Below are positions 9,746-20,105 of a DNA stretch of 64,000 nt, in pieces. The notes below the pieces were generated by a model. The model ran no database searches, was not told where the DNA came from, and worked only from the letters and a program-made list of their open reading frames with translations. Position numbers and translations under genes: made by a program. How positions within the stretch are numbered: the stretch's first letter is position 1; every line of letters starts with the position of its first letter. This stretch comes from Alkalispirochaeta sp. (GTDB lineage: Bacteria > Spirochaetota > Spirochaetia > DSM-27196 > Alkalispirochaetaceae). The stretch is from the NCBI GenBank assembly GCA_965242725.1, contig CBDESZ010000034.1, forward strand, positions 1 through 64,000, given 5' to 3'.

Positions 9746-10993
9746 CTATGCCACATATCGTCGGAAGACGAGAACGCCGTTGTGTCCGCCGAATCCGAGG
9801 GAGTTGCTCATGACGACGTTCACCGGCACGGACCGTCCCTTGTTGGGGACGTAGTCAAGGTCGCACCCCTCGCCGGCTTCTTCAAAGTTGATCGTCGGGG
9901 GTATGAAATTGTCGTGTATCGCCATCACCGATGCGATCGCCTCTATGCCGCCGGCGGCGCCGAGGCAGTGTCCCGTGACGGACTTGGTGGACGATACGGC
10001 GAGGCGGTCGGCGTGTTCACCGAAGGCGAGTCGAATTGCCTTGGTCTCGGTGGGATCGTTTATCGGCGTCGATGTTCCATGGGCGTTGATGTAGTCAACA
10101 TCGGAGGGCTCCAGCCCGGCATCCCTGAGCGCCATTTTCATCGCCTTTGCGGCACCCAATCCTTCCGGGTGGGGCGCCGTGAGGTGATTTGCATCGTTTG
10201 TAAATCCGTTGCCCGCCACTTCGCCGTAGATGGTGGCGTTCCGCGCCAGGGCGTGTTCCAGGCTTTCCAGGACAAGGAGGCCCGCTCCCTCACCCATGAG
10301 GAAGCCGTCACGGTTTTTGTCGAACGGACGGGACGCTTTTGTCGGATCGTCGGTGTAACGGCTGCTCAATGCCTGTATGACGTTAAATCCCGAAATCCCG
10401 AGCGGGGTGACCGGCGCTTCCGCACCGCCGGCGATCATGACGTCCGCAAGCCCCTCCCGGATGTGGCGCATGGCGTTTCCGATTGCGTCGGTCGCGCTGG
10501 CGCAGGCGGTGGTGATCGTGTAGACCGGACCGAAGGCACGAAGCCGTATTGCAATATGGGCGGGACCGATGTTGGAGATCATCTTCGGTACCGTCATGGG
10601 CGGCACGCGGTCGGGCCCCTTTGCGTTGAGGGCGGCGATCGATTCTTCAATCGTCTCAAAACCGCCGATACCGACGCCGAGGACGACACCGAAACGGTCG
10701 GGATCGTATGCGTCGTCCCGGTCCAGGAGGCCCGCCTGTTCAAATGCCTCGATTGCGGCGTAGACGGAGTACTGGGAAAAGCGGTCCATCTTTCGCGCTT
10801 CCCGTCGGTCGATTCTGTCCTTGGGATCGAAGTCCTTCACTTCCGCGGCGTACTTCGTGAGAAAACTTGACGTGTCAAAGCGCGTGATCGGTCCGGCTCC
10901 GCTTGTGCCCGACTTTACGGCGTTCCAGAAGGTTTGCGTATTATTTCCTACGGGACTTACCGTTCCCATTCCCGTTATTACTACTCGTTTCAT
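9746..10993 (-). CDS. fabF: 3-oxoacyl-ACP synthase II
   Basis: TACASA (Cys), INAHGTST, KSVTGHCLGAAG and SNSLGFGGHN motifs. Confidence 0.96.
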   Translation of the reverse strand: MKRVVITGMGTVSPVGNNTQTFWNAVKSGTSGAGPITRFDTSSFLTKYAAEVKDFDPKDRIDRREARKMDRFSQYSVYAAIEAFEQAGLLDRDDAYDPDRFGVVLGVGIGGFETIEESIAALNAKGPDRVPPMTVPKMISNIGPAHIAIRLRAFGPVYTITTACASATDAIGNAMRHIREGLADVMIAGGAEAPVTPLGISGFNVIQALSSRYTDDPTKASRPFDKNRDGFLMGEGAGLLVLESLEHALARNATIYGEVAGNGFTNDANHLTAPHPEGLGAAKAMKMALRDAGLEPSDVDYINAHGTSTPINDPTETKAIRLAFGEHADRLAVSSTKSVTGHCLGAAGGIEAIASVMAIHDNFIPPTINFEEAGEGCDLDYVPNKGRSVPVNVVMSNSLGFGGHNGVLVFRRYVA

Positions 10994-11067
10994 CTTTACT
11001 CCCTTGTTTGATAGCGGCGTCCAATCTGCCGGGCGTCACGGCGTCTACCGTGACTGCGGCTCGCCCC

Positions 11068-11805
11068 CTACATCGCCAGTCCACCGCCCACGGTAACGAC
11101 CTCACCGGTGACATAGGAAGCCATTTCCGATGCGAGAAAGAGGCAGACCTGGGCCACTTCTTCCGCCGTTCCGATGCGTCCAAGCGGTATTTGTGAAGCC
11201 AGTGTCGTCCGCTGCTGTTCATTGAGCCGGTCGGTCATTTCCGTTTCTATAAATCCGGGGGCGATCGCATTCACCCGGACGTTTCTTCCGGCAACTTCCC
11301 GGGCGAGACTCTTTGTCAATCCGATGAGTCCCGCTTTGCTTGCCGCGTAATTTGCCTGTCCGGCGTTGCCTATCTTCCCGACCACGGAGGTGATATTGAT
11401 TATGGATCCCGAGCGACGCTTGATCATATGCCGGGTGAGGGCCTTACTCGTATAGAACGCGCTGGCAAGGTTGATGTCCAGCACCGTTTTCCAGTCTTCC
11501 GCGGACATGCGCATGATCAGTCCATCCCTGGTAACGCCGGCGTTATTCACGAGGATATCCACACCACCGCTGATCTCTATCACCTTTTCTATGCCGCCGA
11601 TGACGGCATTCTCGTCGGAAACATCGACAATGTGATGAAATACCCGGTCCTTGTCGTAACGGGACTGCAACTCACCGAGCGTTTCTCCTTCACTGCGGGA
11701 GAAAAAATGGACCGTCGCACCGTTTGCGAGAAAGGTCTCAACGATCTGTCTGCCGATACCGCGGGATCCGCCGGTGACAACGGCGACTTTTCCATCAATG
11801 AGCAT
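11068..11805 (-). CDS. fabG: 3-oxoacyl-ACP reductase
   Basis: TGGSRGIG, NNAGVTRD and GQANYAASK motifs; located between fabD and fabF. Confidence 0.95.
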   Translation of the reverse strand: MLIDGKVAVVTGGSRGIGRQIVETFLANGATVHFFSRSEGETLGELQSRYDKDRVFHHIVDVSDENAVIGGIEKVIEISGGVDILVNNAGVTRDGLIMRMSAEDWKTVLDINLASAFYTSKALTRHMIKRRSGSIINITSVVGKIGNAGQANYAASKAGLIGLTKSLAREVAGRNVRVNAIAPGFIETEMTDRLNEQQRTTLASQIPLGRIGTAEEVAQVCLFLASEMASYVTGEVVTVGGGLAM

Positions 11806-12790
11806 GCTGAATCTCCTTAGCTATCGCTTCTATCTCTTCAATCGTTCCGGCGGTGCGAAAGCGATCAACCGGCCAGGTGTCGTCGACCTTGCCGAGGGCG
11901 TTCCACAACCCCTGAAGTACGGAACCGGGACCCACCTCCAGGTAGAGAACCTTTTCAACATCTCCGCCGGCGTCGGCAACGCTTTCTTCACGAATGTTCC
12001 GTTCTTCGCTCGTCCACATCACCGTCGTGACCAGCTGCCGGAGACAGAGCTCTCTGGCGTCTTCGCCGGACCGAATGCGTGTTCCCTCAACGTTGGAATA
12101 GGTCGGGTGGGTGGGCTCGCGAAAGGCGATGTCACCGACGATCTCGGCAAACCGCTCCCGTGCCGGCGCCATGAGGGGGGTATGAAATGGACCAGACACC
12201 TTCAGCGGCACGACCCGACGGACTCCCGCATCCTTCAGCGCCATGGACGCCTCGTTGAGGGCGGCCGCCCGTCCCCCGATAACCGTCTGGGCCGGGCTGT
12301 TGTACAGCGAGGGATAGACATCGGCTATGGCGGCGGAGGCGAGAATTTCCTGCACCTCCGGCATATCCTTGCCCATGACTGCACTCATACCCGCCGGACC
12401 GTCATCCCCGTCCAGGGTGCGGCTGACCTGCTCCATGATCGATCCGCGATGGAGCACGAGGGTAAAGGCGTCTTCCGGCGTCAACACACCGGTATTCACG
12501 AGGGCGGCGTACTCTCCGAGGCTGAATCCACCGGTACGGCTCGGAAGGACGTGAAACTCCTGGAGAACCGTGCGGGCGGCAAGATTTGCGAGGGTGATGG
12601 CAATCTGCGTGTTATCCGTCTGTTTCAGCTCCTCTTCCGTACCGTCGAAGAGAAGTTTCTCCATCGACTTGTGCACCCGTTGGGAGGCAAGCTCAAAGAG
12701 CTCCCGAACGGCGGAGCTGTGGTCATACAGGTCCCTGGCCATACCGGGAAATTGAGCGCCCTGTCCGGGAAAGAGGAATACAACGTTCAT
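11795..12790 (-). CDS. fabD: Malonyl-CoA:ACP transacylase
   Basis: FPGQGAQ, GFSLGEY and LKVSGPFH motifs. Confidence 0.93.
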   Translation of the reverse strand: MNVVFLFPGQGAQFPGMARDLYDHSSAVRELFELASQRVHKSMEKLLFDGTEEELKQTDNTQIAITLANLAARTVLQEFHVLPSRTGGFSLGEYAALVNTGVLTPEDAFTLVLHRGSIMEQVSRTLDGDDGPAGMSAVMGKDMPEVQEILASAAIADVYPSLYNSPAQTVIGGRAAALNEASMALKDAGVRRVVPLKVSGPFHTPLMAPARERFAEIVGDIAFREPTHPTYSNVEGTRIRSGEDARELCLRQLVTTVMWTSEERNIREESVADAGGDVEKVLYLEVGPGSVLQGLWNALGKVDDTWPVDRFRTAGTIEEIEAIAKEIQHAH

Positions 12791-12891
12791 TCCACAACGT
12801 TATCACAACGGGAAAAGGTGCTCAAGATGTCGGTTCCCGACCGATATTGGCACCGGCGCCCGGTTCTGTTATTTTTATGGAAAGGAATACG

Positions 12892-13908
12892 ATGACATAC
12901 GCAAGGATCGCTTCCGTGGGAGCCCACGTGCCCGCACGAAGAATGCATAATGACGAACTGGCCAAAATCGTGGACACATCAGATGAGTGGATATTTTCTC
13001 ATACCGGGATTCGCTACCGCCACATTGCGGCGGAAAACGAATCCGCCGCCGACCTTGCCGTTCCGGCGGGGCGTCAGGCGATTGAGCGTGCCGGAATCAC
13101 CCCTGATGATATCGATCTCGTCCTTCTGGCAACCAGCACCCCCGACTACGTCGGACTCCCCTCCACTGCGTGCGTCGTCCAGGATAAACTTGGAATTCGC
13201 GACGCCGGCGCCATGGACCTCACCGCCGCATGCAGCGGATTCGTCTATGGACTGGAGACGGCGCGCGTCTTCATTGAGGCAGGTGCGGCCAGGAATGTCC
13301 TGCTTATCGGCTCGGAGGTCTACAGCAAGATCATCAACTGGCAGGATCGGCGCAGCTGCGTTCTCTTTGGCGACGGCGCAGGTGCCGCCGTCATTCAGGC
13401 GATTGACGGGAACGGGGCGTCGGCCGGCGACGACGGGGAAAGGGCGCCGCGGATTCTCCCCGGAATTCTCGGATCCCAGGGTTCCGGTGCGGAAACGCTT
13501 TTTCGGTCCCATGGCGGGACACGACACACCTACGTGCCCGGAGAAACGGACGATCAGGATCTGAAATTGAAGATGGAGGGACGGAAGGTCTATAATTTCG
13601 CCGTCTCCGCGGTGGGTTATGTGATACACGAGCTCCTCACGCGCAACGACACGCCCTTTGAAGATATTCACTGGGTCGTTCCCCATCAGGCAAATAAACG
13701 AATCCTTTCGGCGGCCGCCAATCGGGGCGGGTGGAATTTTGACCGTTTTTACATGAATATCGCCGAGTACGCCAACACGTCCGCCGCGTCCATTCCCATC
13801 GCCCTGAATGAGATGTACGAGAACGGAGAATTGCAGCGCGGAAGGGCCTATCTCACCGTGGGATTCGGGAGCGGTCTGACCTACGGCGGGACGATCTTCT
13901 ACTATTAG
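12892..13908 (+). CDS. fabH: 3-oxoacyl-ACP synthase III
   Basis: AACSGF, LFGDGAGA, PHQAN and YANTSAAS motifs; AAAGGA RBS. Confidence 0.95.
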   Translation: MTYARIASVGAHVPARRMHNDELAKIVDTSDEWIFSHTGIRYRHIAAENESAADLAVPAGRQAIERAGITPDDIDLVLLATSTPDYVGLPSTACVVQDKLGIRDAGAMDLTAACSGFVYGLETARVFIEAGAARNVLLIGSEVYSKIINWQDRRSCVLFGDGAGAAVIQAIDGNGASAGDDGERAPRILPGILGSQGSGAETLFRSHGGTRHTYVPGETDDQDLKLKMEGRKVYNFAVSAVGYVIHELLTRNDTPFEDIHWVVPHQANKRILSAAANRGGWNFDRFYMNIAEYANTSAASIPIALNEMYENGELQRGRAYLTVGFGSGLTYGGTIFYY

Positions 13909-13968
13909 CCTGGCGGCTATCGGCTATTGGCGGCCGTGCCGCCGCCCGAAACAGGGCGTTCTCCCGTA

Positions 13969-16900
13969 TTACCTGCCGTCCGACAACAGCTGCTCCAGGT
14001 CGACAAGGTAGTCATCGAGTTCTTCCGACAATTGAACGCTCCGGCCGTGTCTGAGGTAATAGAGTGTCGTAGTTACCGGCTTTCCGAAAATTTCCTGTGC
14101 CGCCCTCCGGTATACCGCCAGTTGGGGCCGATACCGATCGGGATTGACCTCCATATCGGTCTTGTAATCGATGACATGCACCTCCTCCCTTCCCTCGGCG
14201 ACAAGGTCCATCGTACCCCGCAGCAGAAAAGATCGTTCGTCTTCCCAATTGAGAATGAAGGGCATCTCCCGGTGTACGGCAATGACGTCACCGGAAGTCA
14301 CCTGTTGAAAGAGCGGTGAGGCAAGAAAATCACGGGCCATCCGTCGGGACTCCCGGCACAATCGTTCCCGTTCGTCCCGGGAATCGATATGACCGACGAC
14401 AGGAATCACGTCGGGATGAACGGGCGTCCACCCTTCCGCCTCGACGTCACCGCCTGCGACAGCGGTGCGTTCAAGCAGCCGGTGCGTCAGCGTCCCGAGG
14501 GTGGCGGCGTGGAGCTCTTCATCCGCAGGGAAGAGCTCTCCCTGCCCTCCCTCGACAGTGCCCAATCGTGTCGATTCAGCGTTTCGAGATATCCCATCCT
14601 CCGCGGAGCGATCAAAAAAATCATTGAGGAACGTCGGGGTATACTCGATTCTCCGGGCTGTCCGCGTCGTGACCGATGCATCATGAAGGAGCGATCGGGC
14701 ATCCCTGCGCCGTCGACGGGCCCCCTGCGGGATCGCCGCACGGCGCAATTCATCTTCCGTTACCGGTGGTATCGCGATGATACTGACCATGTTCGCGCAC
14801 GACGCCCCCGTCGTGCGCGCATCCACATCCAATTGCATCGCATCCCGGAGAAGCCTGAAAAACGAGGCACCCCTGTCGCTTTTTCGAATGGCAGCCGAGA
14901 AGTAAAGCCGTTCTTCCGCCCGCGTCGCCGCGACATACAGAAGACGTTTCAACTCCGCCTCCGAGCGGAGCAGTTCTTCAGTGCGTGCGTGGGCCTCTAT
15001 GACGTTTACCGTCGTCTCCCCCGGAGTATCCGAGGGAAGACGGATCGTCACGCCCAACTCAGGATCATCCCAGATCAGTTCACTCCGTGGCAGGAGTTGG
15101 CGATCGCAATCCGCAACAAAGACGACGGGAAACTCCAGACCTTTTGATTTGTGTACCGTCATCAGCTGAACCACGTTTTCTTTCTGGCCGCTCTCAAGTT
15201 CATCAAGCTTGTCGGTACCCCCCATCTGTTCCCGCAGGAAGTCGACAAATTCGACGGCAGGTCGATCACTGAACTGAAGCGCCAGGGCGAAGAGATAGTC
15301 GTAGTGTTCAAGATAGGAGTGATCGCTCGCCCGATGCAGCACGGCATAGCGGTATCCCCCCTCATCCCAGATTGTGCGAACCACATCGTGGAGAGGCTCG
15401 CGGTCCAGTTGTGCTCCTACCTGATTGTACAGCTCTTCGGCGCGCTTCAGCTTTTCCCGGTCCTCCGCCTCCAGCTCCGCGGGGGCGGTAAACAGTCCGA
15501 CCGGTCCGTTTTCATCTCCGGCTCGGCGGAGGTTCAACACCCGAACCAACGCCGCGTCGGAAAGCATCACCAGGGGGCTTCGCAAATAGGATACCAGAGC
15601 CTCATCGTCGGCGGGATGAAAATGGAGCTGCAGAAGGGCGTAAAGGTCGTGTGCAGGCGCCTCGGTGAACAATGATCGAACCGCCTGCGTCTGGTAGGGA
15701 ACACCGCGGCGACGGAGCATACGTTCGTACGCCTGCTGCCCGGCACTCGATCGGAGGAGGATTGCCACGTCGCCATAGGCGTACCCGTCCTCGGCTACAA
15801 GACGTGCAATCTCATCGGCTATCCACGCACCCTCTGCAAGCTCATCCCGTGCGTACTCTGCGGCGTCGCGCTCCCCGTCGGCACCGCGTTCTTTGTCTTC
15901 TCCGGCGACCCACGCAACGGTCACGCCGTTCCTTCCCGACGGAATACTCCCCGGTGACTCCTCGTCGGCTCCGGCACGAAGGGGCGCGAACTCCGCCTCG
16001 TAGTCTTCCGCGGCTTCGCCGAATACCGACGGGAAGAGAGCGTTGAAAAAATCAATGAGGCGTCTGCTGCTGCGATAGTTGGTCGAGAGATGTATGCGTG
16101 CCTGTTCCCGCGCTCCGCCGGCGAGGGATCGGGCGATCTCGCCCTCCAGATTCCGGAAAACCGCAACATCGGCTCCGCGAAAGCGGTAAATCGACTGCTT
16201 CTGGTCTCCCACGAAAAAGAGCTTTCCCGTATCGATATCCGTCACCTCGTCGCTGCCTTCGGAGACACCGGCGTCGGCAAGGAGAAAGAGCAGGTCCCGT
16301 TGGGTCTGATTGTTATCCTGGAACTCGTCGATCATTATGTACCGGTACTGCCCCGCGTACATGCGCCGGAGATCCCCGTCCTCCTGAAGGAGGCGTACCG
16401 AAAGCTCCATCACCTCCTGATGGCCGAGAAGCCCGGAGCTCCGACGCTCTTTCAATGCCTGATGACGAAGTGTATCCAGCAGTCCGAAGAGGTGCTCCCG
16501 TTCGGCCGACTGCATCCAGGTGCGCCGAATTTGCTCCCACTCCACAAGATACCCAGACGGTCGTCCTCCGCCCGCCTTGTCAAAGAGGGTGTTGAGCATT
16601 TCCTTGAGCGTTTCGCTGTCGCCTTTCTTTCCAAACGTCTTACGAAGGCCCGCCATGAAGTCGTGGAGCGCCTCCAGATCGGCCCGCCGGTCAAGACATC
16701 CCTGAAGGGCGGCGACGCCAGAGGGGGATCCGGGCTCCAAACCGGCAATACCGTTCAAGACTTCCTGAATCTTCTCTTCAAGATGCGCTTTCCGACGCTC
16801 CAGCCACCGCTGCTGCCTGTGAAAATCGTCGAGAAAGCTTCCACCCCGGGACAGGTGGACGTGCCCGGTGATGAGGGGAATCAGAAGTTCGTCGGTCGTG

Positions 16901-17364
16901 CCTCTGACGCCGTACTGGCGGATAAATTTCGCGAGGATCGGGTCGTCGTGATGATCGAGGAGAAAAGAGAGGGCAAGGCGGTCGGCTTCCCTGACAAATC
17001 GGCGATCATCGCTCTCCACCCGTGAAGGAAGTCCGAAGGACGCCAGTCCGTCACGAAGAATACCGAGACAAAAACTGTCAATCGTTGAAATTCTCGCTTC
17101 GTCAAAGCGCGCAAGTTCCCGCTGCAGGGTCGGTGCCGTTCCCGCTTCATCGTTCAGGAAGGTGTATATCCGTCCGAACATCTCCGCCGCCGCCTTTCTC
17201 GTAAAGGTGAGGGCGAGTATCTCCGGAACCGTCGCTTCTCCGTTCCGCAGGAGTTGCATATACCGTTCCGCAAGGACACGGGTCTTGCCGCTTCCCGCCC
17301 CTGCGGAGACAACCACATTGTGACGGACCTCGACTGCCTGTCTTTGTTCATTATCAAGTACCAT
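13969..17364 (-). CDS. addA: ATP-dependent helicase/nuclease subunit A (UvrD helicase plus PD-(D/E)XK nuclease)
   Basis: AGAGSGKT, LTFTRKAA, DEFQD, VGDQKQSIYRFRGAD, TVHKSKGLEF and C-terminal GTMDL..IDYKT..QL motifs. Confidence 0.9.
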   Translation of the reverse strand: MVLDNEQRQAVEVRHNVVVSAGAGSGKTRVLAERYMQLLRNGEATVPEILALTFTRKAAAEMFGRIYTFLNDEAGTAPTLQRELARFDEARISTIDSFCLGILRDGLASFGLPSRVESDDRRFVREADRLALSFLLDHHDDPILAKFIRQYGVRGTTDELLIPLITGHVHLSRGGSFLDDFHRQQRWLERRKAHLEEKIQEVLNGIAGLEPGSPSGVAALQGCLDRRADLEALHDFMAGLRKTFGKKGDSETLKEMLNTLFDKAGGGRPSGYLVEWEQIRRTWMQSAEREHLFGLLDTLRHQALKERRSSGLLGHQEVMELSVRLLQEDGDLRRMYAGQYRYIMIDEFQDNNQTQRDLLFLLADAGVSEGSDEVTDIDTGKLFFVGDQKQSIYRFRGADVAVFRNLEGEIARSLAGGAREQARIHLSTNYRSSRRLIDFFNALFPSVFGEAAEDYEAEFAPLRAGADEESPGSIPSGRNGVTVAWVAGEDKERGADGERDAAEYARDELAEGAWIADEIARLVAEDGYAYGDVAILLRSSAGQQAYERMLRRRGVPYQTQAVRSLFTEAPAHDLYALLQLHFHPADDEALVSYLRSPLVMLSDAALVRVLNLRRAGDENGPVGLFTAPAELEAEDREKLKRAEELYNQVGAQLDREPLHDVVRTIWDEGGYRYAVLHRASDHSYLEHYDYLFALALQFSDRPAVEFVDFLREQMGGTDKLDELESGQKENVVQLMTVHKSKGLEFPVVFVADCDRQLLPRSELIWDDPELGVTIRLPSDTPGETTVNVIEAHARTEELLRSEAELKRLLYVAATRAEERLYFSAAIRKSDRGASFFRLLRDAMQLDVDARTTGASCANMVSIIAIPPVTEDELRRAAIPQGARRRRRDARSLLHDASVTTRTARRIEYTPTFLNDFFDRSAEDGISRNAESTRLGTVEGGQGELFPADEELHAATLGTLTHRLLERTAVAGGDVEAEGWTPVHPDVIPVVGHIDSRDERERLCRESRRMARDFLASPLFQQVTSGDVIAVHREMPFILNWEDERSFLLRGTMDLVAEGREEVHVIDYKTDMEVNPDRYRPQLAVYRRAAQEIFGKPVTTTLYYLRHGRSVQLSEELDDYLVDLEQLLSDGR

Positions 17365-20026
17365 CGGTAAATCTCCGCGTAATAAAACAGGAGCGGCACA
17401 TACCCTTAACCCGACAGCTTGAACAGTCAGGTTCTTCATCACATTGCATGCGCCCTTCCGCAACGGCGTTCACGACGCGCCCAAGATAGGCGGGCAGTCG
17501 TTCAACGACCTCCTCCATTCGTGACCACCCGTCGGCATTCCGCTTGTTTCCATGGCGGTCCGCGATGACCTTTACATTCGCCGCGGTGATGTCCACATAG
17601 ACGAGACGGGATACGTCCCGTCCCGAATGACGGCGATAGAGCAGCGCGTATATCGGCAGTTGCAGTGTCGTCGCCGATCTGAGATTCTCCACGTCTTCAG
17701 GCAGAACCTTCGATGCCGCGTGGACCGCTCCGAGACGGGTCTTGTAGTCGATAATGGTATCACCTTCCGGCGATGAAATAATGCGGTCCGCCGTACCCGT
17801 CATCGCCACACCGTCTACCTCTTCGGCAATCCTGAACTCGAGATGGTGATGGTGATCGTCCTGCCTCTTTGCGTTGAGAAGTTCATTCTCAAGGAGGGCG
17901 TTAATAGCGGAGGTGAAATAGTGAATCCGACCCTTCGCCCCGATCCGGGGAAGATAGAGTCGTCCTTCAAGGCTATTGAACTGTTCCTCCACGATGCCGG
18001 CAATGCTCCGGGAATCCAACGCGCCATCGGGCTGCGATGCCGCAGATCGGAGTACGGCATGGAGCAGATTCCCCAGGACCCGGGGATTTCCGGGTGTATA
18101 CCCCCAGACCCGTCCCGTCTCGACGCCCAGGGCGTGGCGCAGAAAGAAGGAATAGGGGCATTGATTGAAGAGATCGATCGTTTTCGGTGACCACTCCGAT
18201 GGAATCCGCAGGAGGGGAATGAGTTCCGGAAAAACCGCGACGGAGCGGAAGTCCGACGTGACCGGTGAGAGCGTTGTGGAAAGCGCCCTTGAGAGGCCCG
18301 CCGCCTGCCGTGGATAGAGCGTCTGCGGTGCCGGCTCTTCCCCGTGGCCCCACCAGCGACGTTCCCGCTCCCATAGATCGGTAACGGGCCTCGACGCTTC
18401 CCGCGGCCATGGCAACTCCGGTGCCGGCACGTGGCGCCCCGTCGGTGTATCCAGGGAGCAGGAACAGACAGTATTCCCCATGGCACCGCCGTAGGCGGCG
18501 AGAAACGCCGCCGATCGGTCGGCGTGTGGACCGAAGAGCTGTGCCGCTTCATCGGAGCGAAGACCGATCGGCGGCATCCGCCGCACCCGGGTAGTGCCCT
18601 GGGAAAGACCGATGACGTAATGCCTCTGTGTCGGCGTACCCGCGGCAACGCGGTACGGATAGACCGTCACCCCCTCCGTCTCATGGGGAAGGACGTACTG
18701 CTCTTCAGAAAGGAGTGTAAGAAAGAATCGCCAGGGCACCGGAACGGTCAGCCCCAGACTCTCCAGGCCTTCCATGCGTTCCATGAGACGCAACGCCGTA
18801 GAGTAGACCCGCTCCACCTTCCAACGGGAGTCATCGGCCCACCGTGGGCTTCCCGGCGGGGCAATGTGGTGATCAGCAAAACGCCTGTATGCCCGACGCA
18901 ACTCGACGGATGTGGAGGCGCGAAGAATATCGCGAACGTCCCTTTCAATCGCACGAAAGTGTCTCATGACGGAACCGAATCGGCTTACGCCGTTCCCTCC
19001 CGGGGCTTCACCGATTATATCGAACGCTTCGTACCATTGCGCCCGATTGTAGCAGTGTGTCTCATATCCGAACTGGATGAGCCGATAGTTTTCAGTTTCG
19101 TTTTTCCAGGGAACTGCACGGTCAAGCAGAAGTGATGCAATGGCGCGAACGTCATAGTTGTCCCTGCCGACCTCATCAAGTCGCTGAAAAATCGTTCCTC
19201 CCGGCTGATTCGATACGGGCTGTCCGTCGGCATACCGCAACGGTATGTCCCGACGTCGTGCCCCCTCCGTCAGCCACGGCCGCATCCCATCGATGTCGGA
19301 GACCGTAACCGCGATTTCGTGGGCTTCCGTTCCCGCCGCAAGATCATTTTCTATAGCGTCAAAAAGGGCCCCCGTCTCATCGCGACTCGTCTCGAATACC
19401 TTCGTCTCCGCCGGGGTTCCCTGCGGCAGGGGTTCCACCTCGACATAAGGGTCAAGTATTTCCCGGTATTCGCCGTAATCCTCAAGAAGTTCGGGCCAGA
19501 AGATCACCGGCTTCCCCGGCAGGCCGTCCAGCCTGACCTGATTCCGGAGCTCCCAGTTCGGTTCAAAAAGATGGTGGTCCCCCAGGAACGCCCGATACCG
19601 GCCATAGATCTCGCCGATGTCCGCCGCCATGGCATCACGAAGGCGGTGGGATTCCGTATCAAGGATCGGCAGCTGCGGCAATAGACGGGTCAACCCGCCT
19701 GCCACATTGGGCTTCTCCCGGGCGAATCGGGGATCGATCATTCCCCGTAAAAAAGGCGCCCTGCTGTTCTCCTCGACGATGGTATGGGCGAAGACCATTC
19801 TGGCCTCCCGTGAAGCGGGGCGGGCATCCCGCTTCACGGAAATTGCGCGCTCCTTGAAGCGGTCCCACGATATGAGCCGGTCCGTCCGTATCGCCTTCGG
19901 ACCGTCGGCTGTCGTTACAAAGGCGCGCTGCCACGACTGGGCAACCACTTCCGAGGGAAAGACAAAGAGGGTGTTCCCGTCGGTACTCCGCTTCAGGAGA
20001 CGCTGGAGGTACAATGAAGGAGCCAT
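17354..20026 (-). CDS. addB: AddB-like subunit (inactive helicase plus Fe-S PD-(D/E)XK nuclease)
   Basis: QCPY, GTADRI..IIDYKT..QLPIY and CSSCRVKGMC Fe-S cysteines; overlaps the addA start. Start codon uncertain (20026 or 20044). Confidence 0.82.
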   Translation of the reverse strand: MAPSLYLQRLLKRSTDGNTLFVFPSEVVAQSWQRAFVTTADGPKAIRTDRLISWDRFKERAISVKRDARPASREARMVFAHTIVEENSRAPFLRGMIDPRFAREKPNVAGGLTRLLPQLPILDTESHRLRDAMAADIGEIYGRYRAFLGDHHLFEPNWELRNQVRLDGLPGKPVIFWPELLEDYGEYREILDPYVEVEPLPQGTPAETKVFETSRDETGALFDAIENDLAAGTEAHEIAVTVSDIDGMRPWLTEGARRRDIPLRYADGQPVSNQPGGTIFQRLDEVGRDNYDVRAIASLLLDRAVPWKNETENYRLIQFGYETHCYNRAQWYEAFDIIGEAPGGNGVSRFGSVMRHFRAIERDVRDILRASTSVELRRAYRRFADHHIAPPGSPRWADDSRWKVERVYSTALRLMERMEGLESLGLTVPVPWRFFLTLLSEEQYVLPHETEGVTVYPYRVAAGTPTQRHYVIGLSQGTTRVRRMPPIGLRSDEAAQLFGPHADRSAAFLAAYGGAMGNTVCSCSLDTPTGRHVPAPELPWPREASRPVTDLWERERRWWGHGEEPAPQTLYPRQAAGLSRALSTTLSPVTSDFRSVAVFPELIPLLRIPSEWSPKTIDLFNQCPYSFFLRHALGVETGRVWGYTPGNPRVLGNLLHAVLRSAASQPDGALDSRSIAGIVEEQFNSLEGRLYLPRIGAKGRIHYFTSAINALLENELLNAKRQDDHHHHLEFRIAEEVDGVAMTGTADRIISSPEGDTIIDYKTRLGAVHAASKVLPEDVENLRSATTLQLPIYALLYRRHSGRDVSRLVYVDITAANVKVIADRHGNKRNADGWSRMEEVVERLPAYLGRVVNAVAEGRMQCDEEPDCSSCRVKGMCRSCFITRRFTDGT

Positions 20027-20105
20027 ATGGAACGAGTATTGCATAGTATAGTGAGAGATTCGATAGACTTGCAGAATTACCCGCGCCGATATACTCTTCT
20101 TTTCT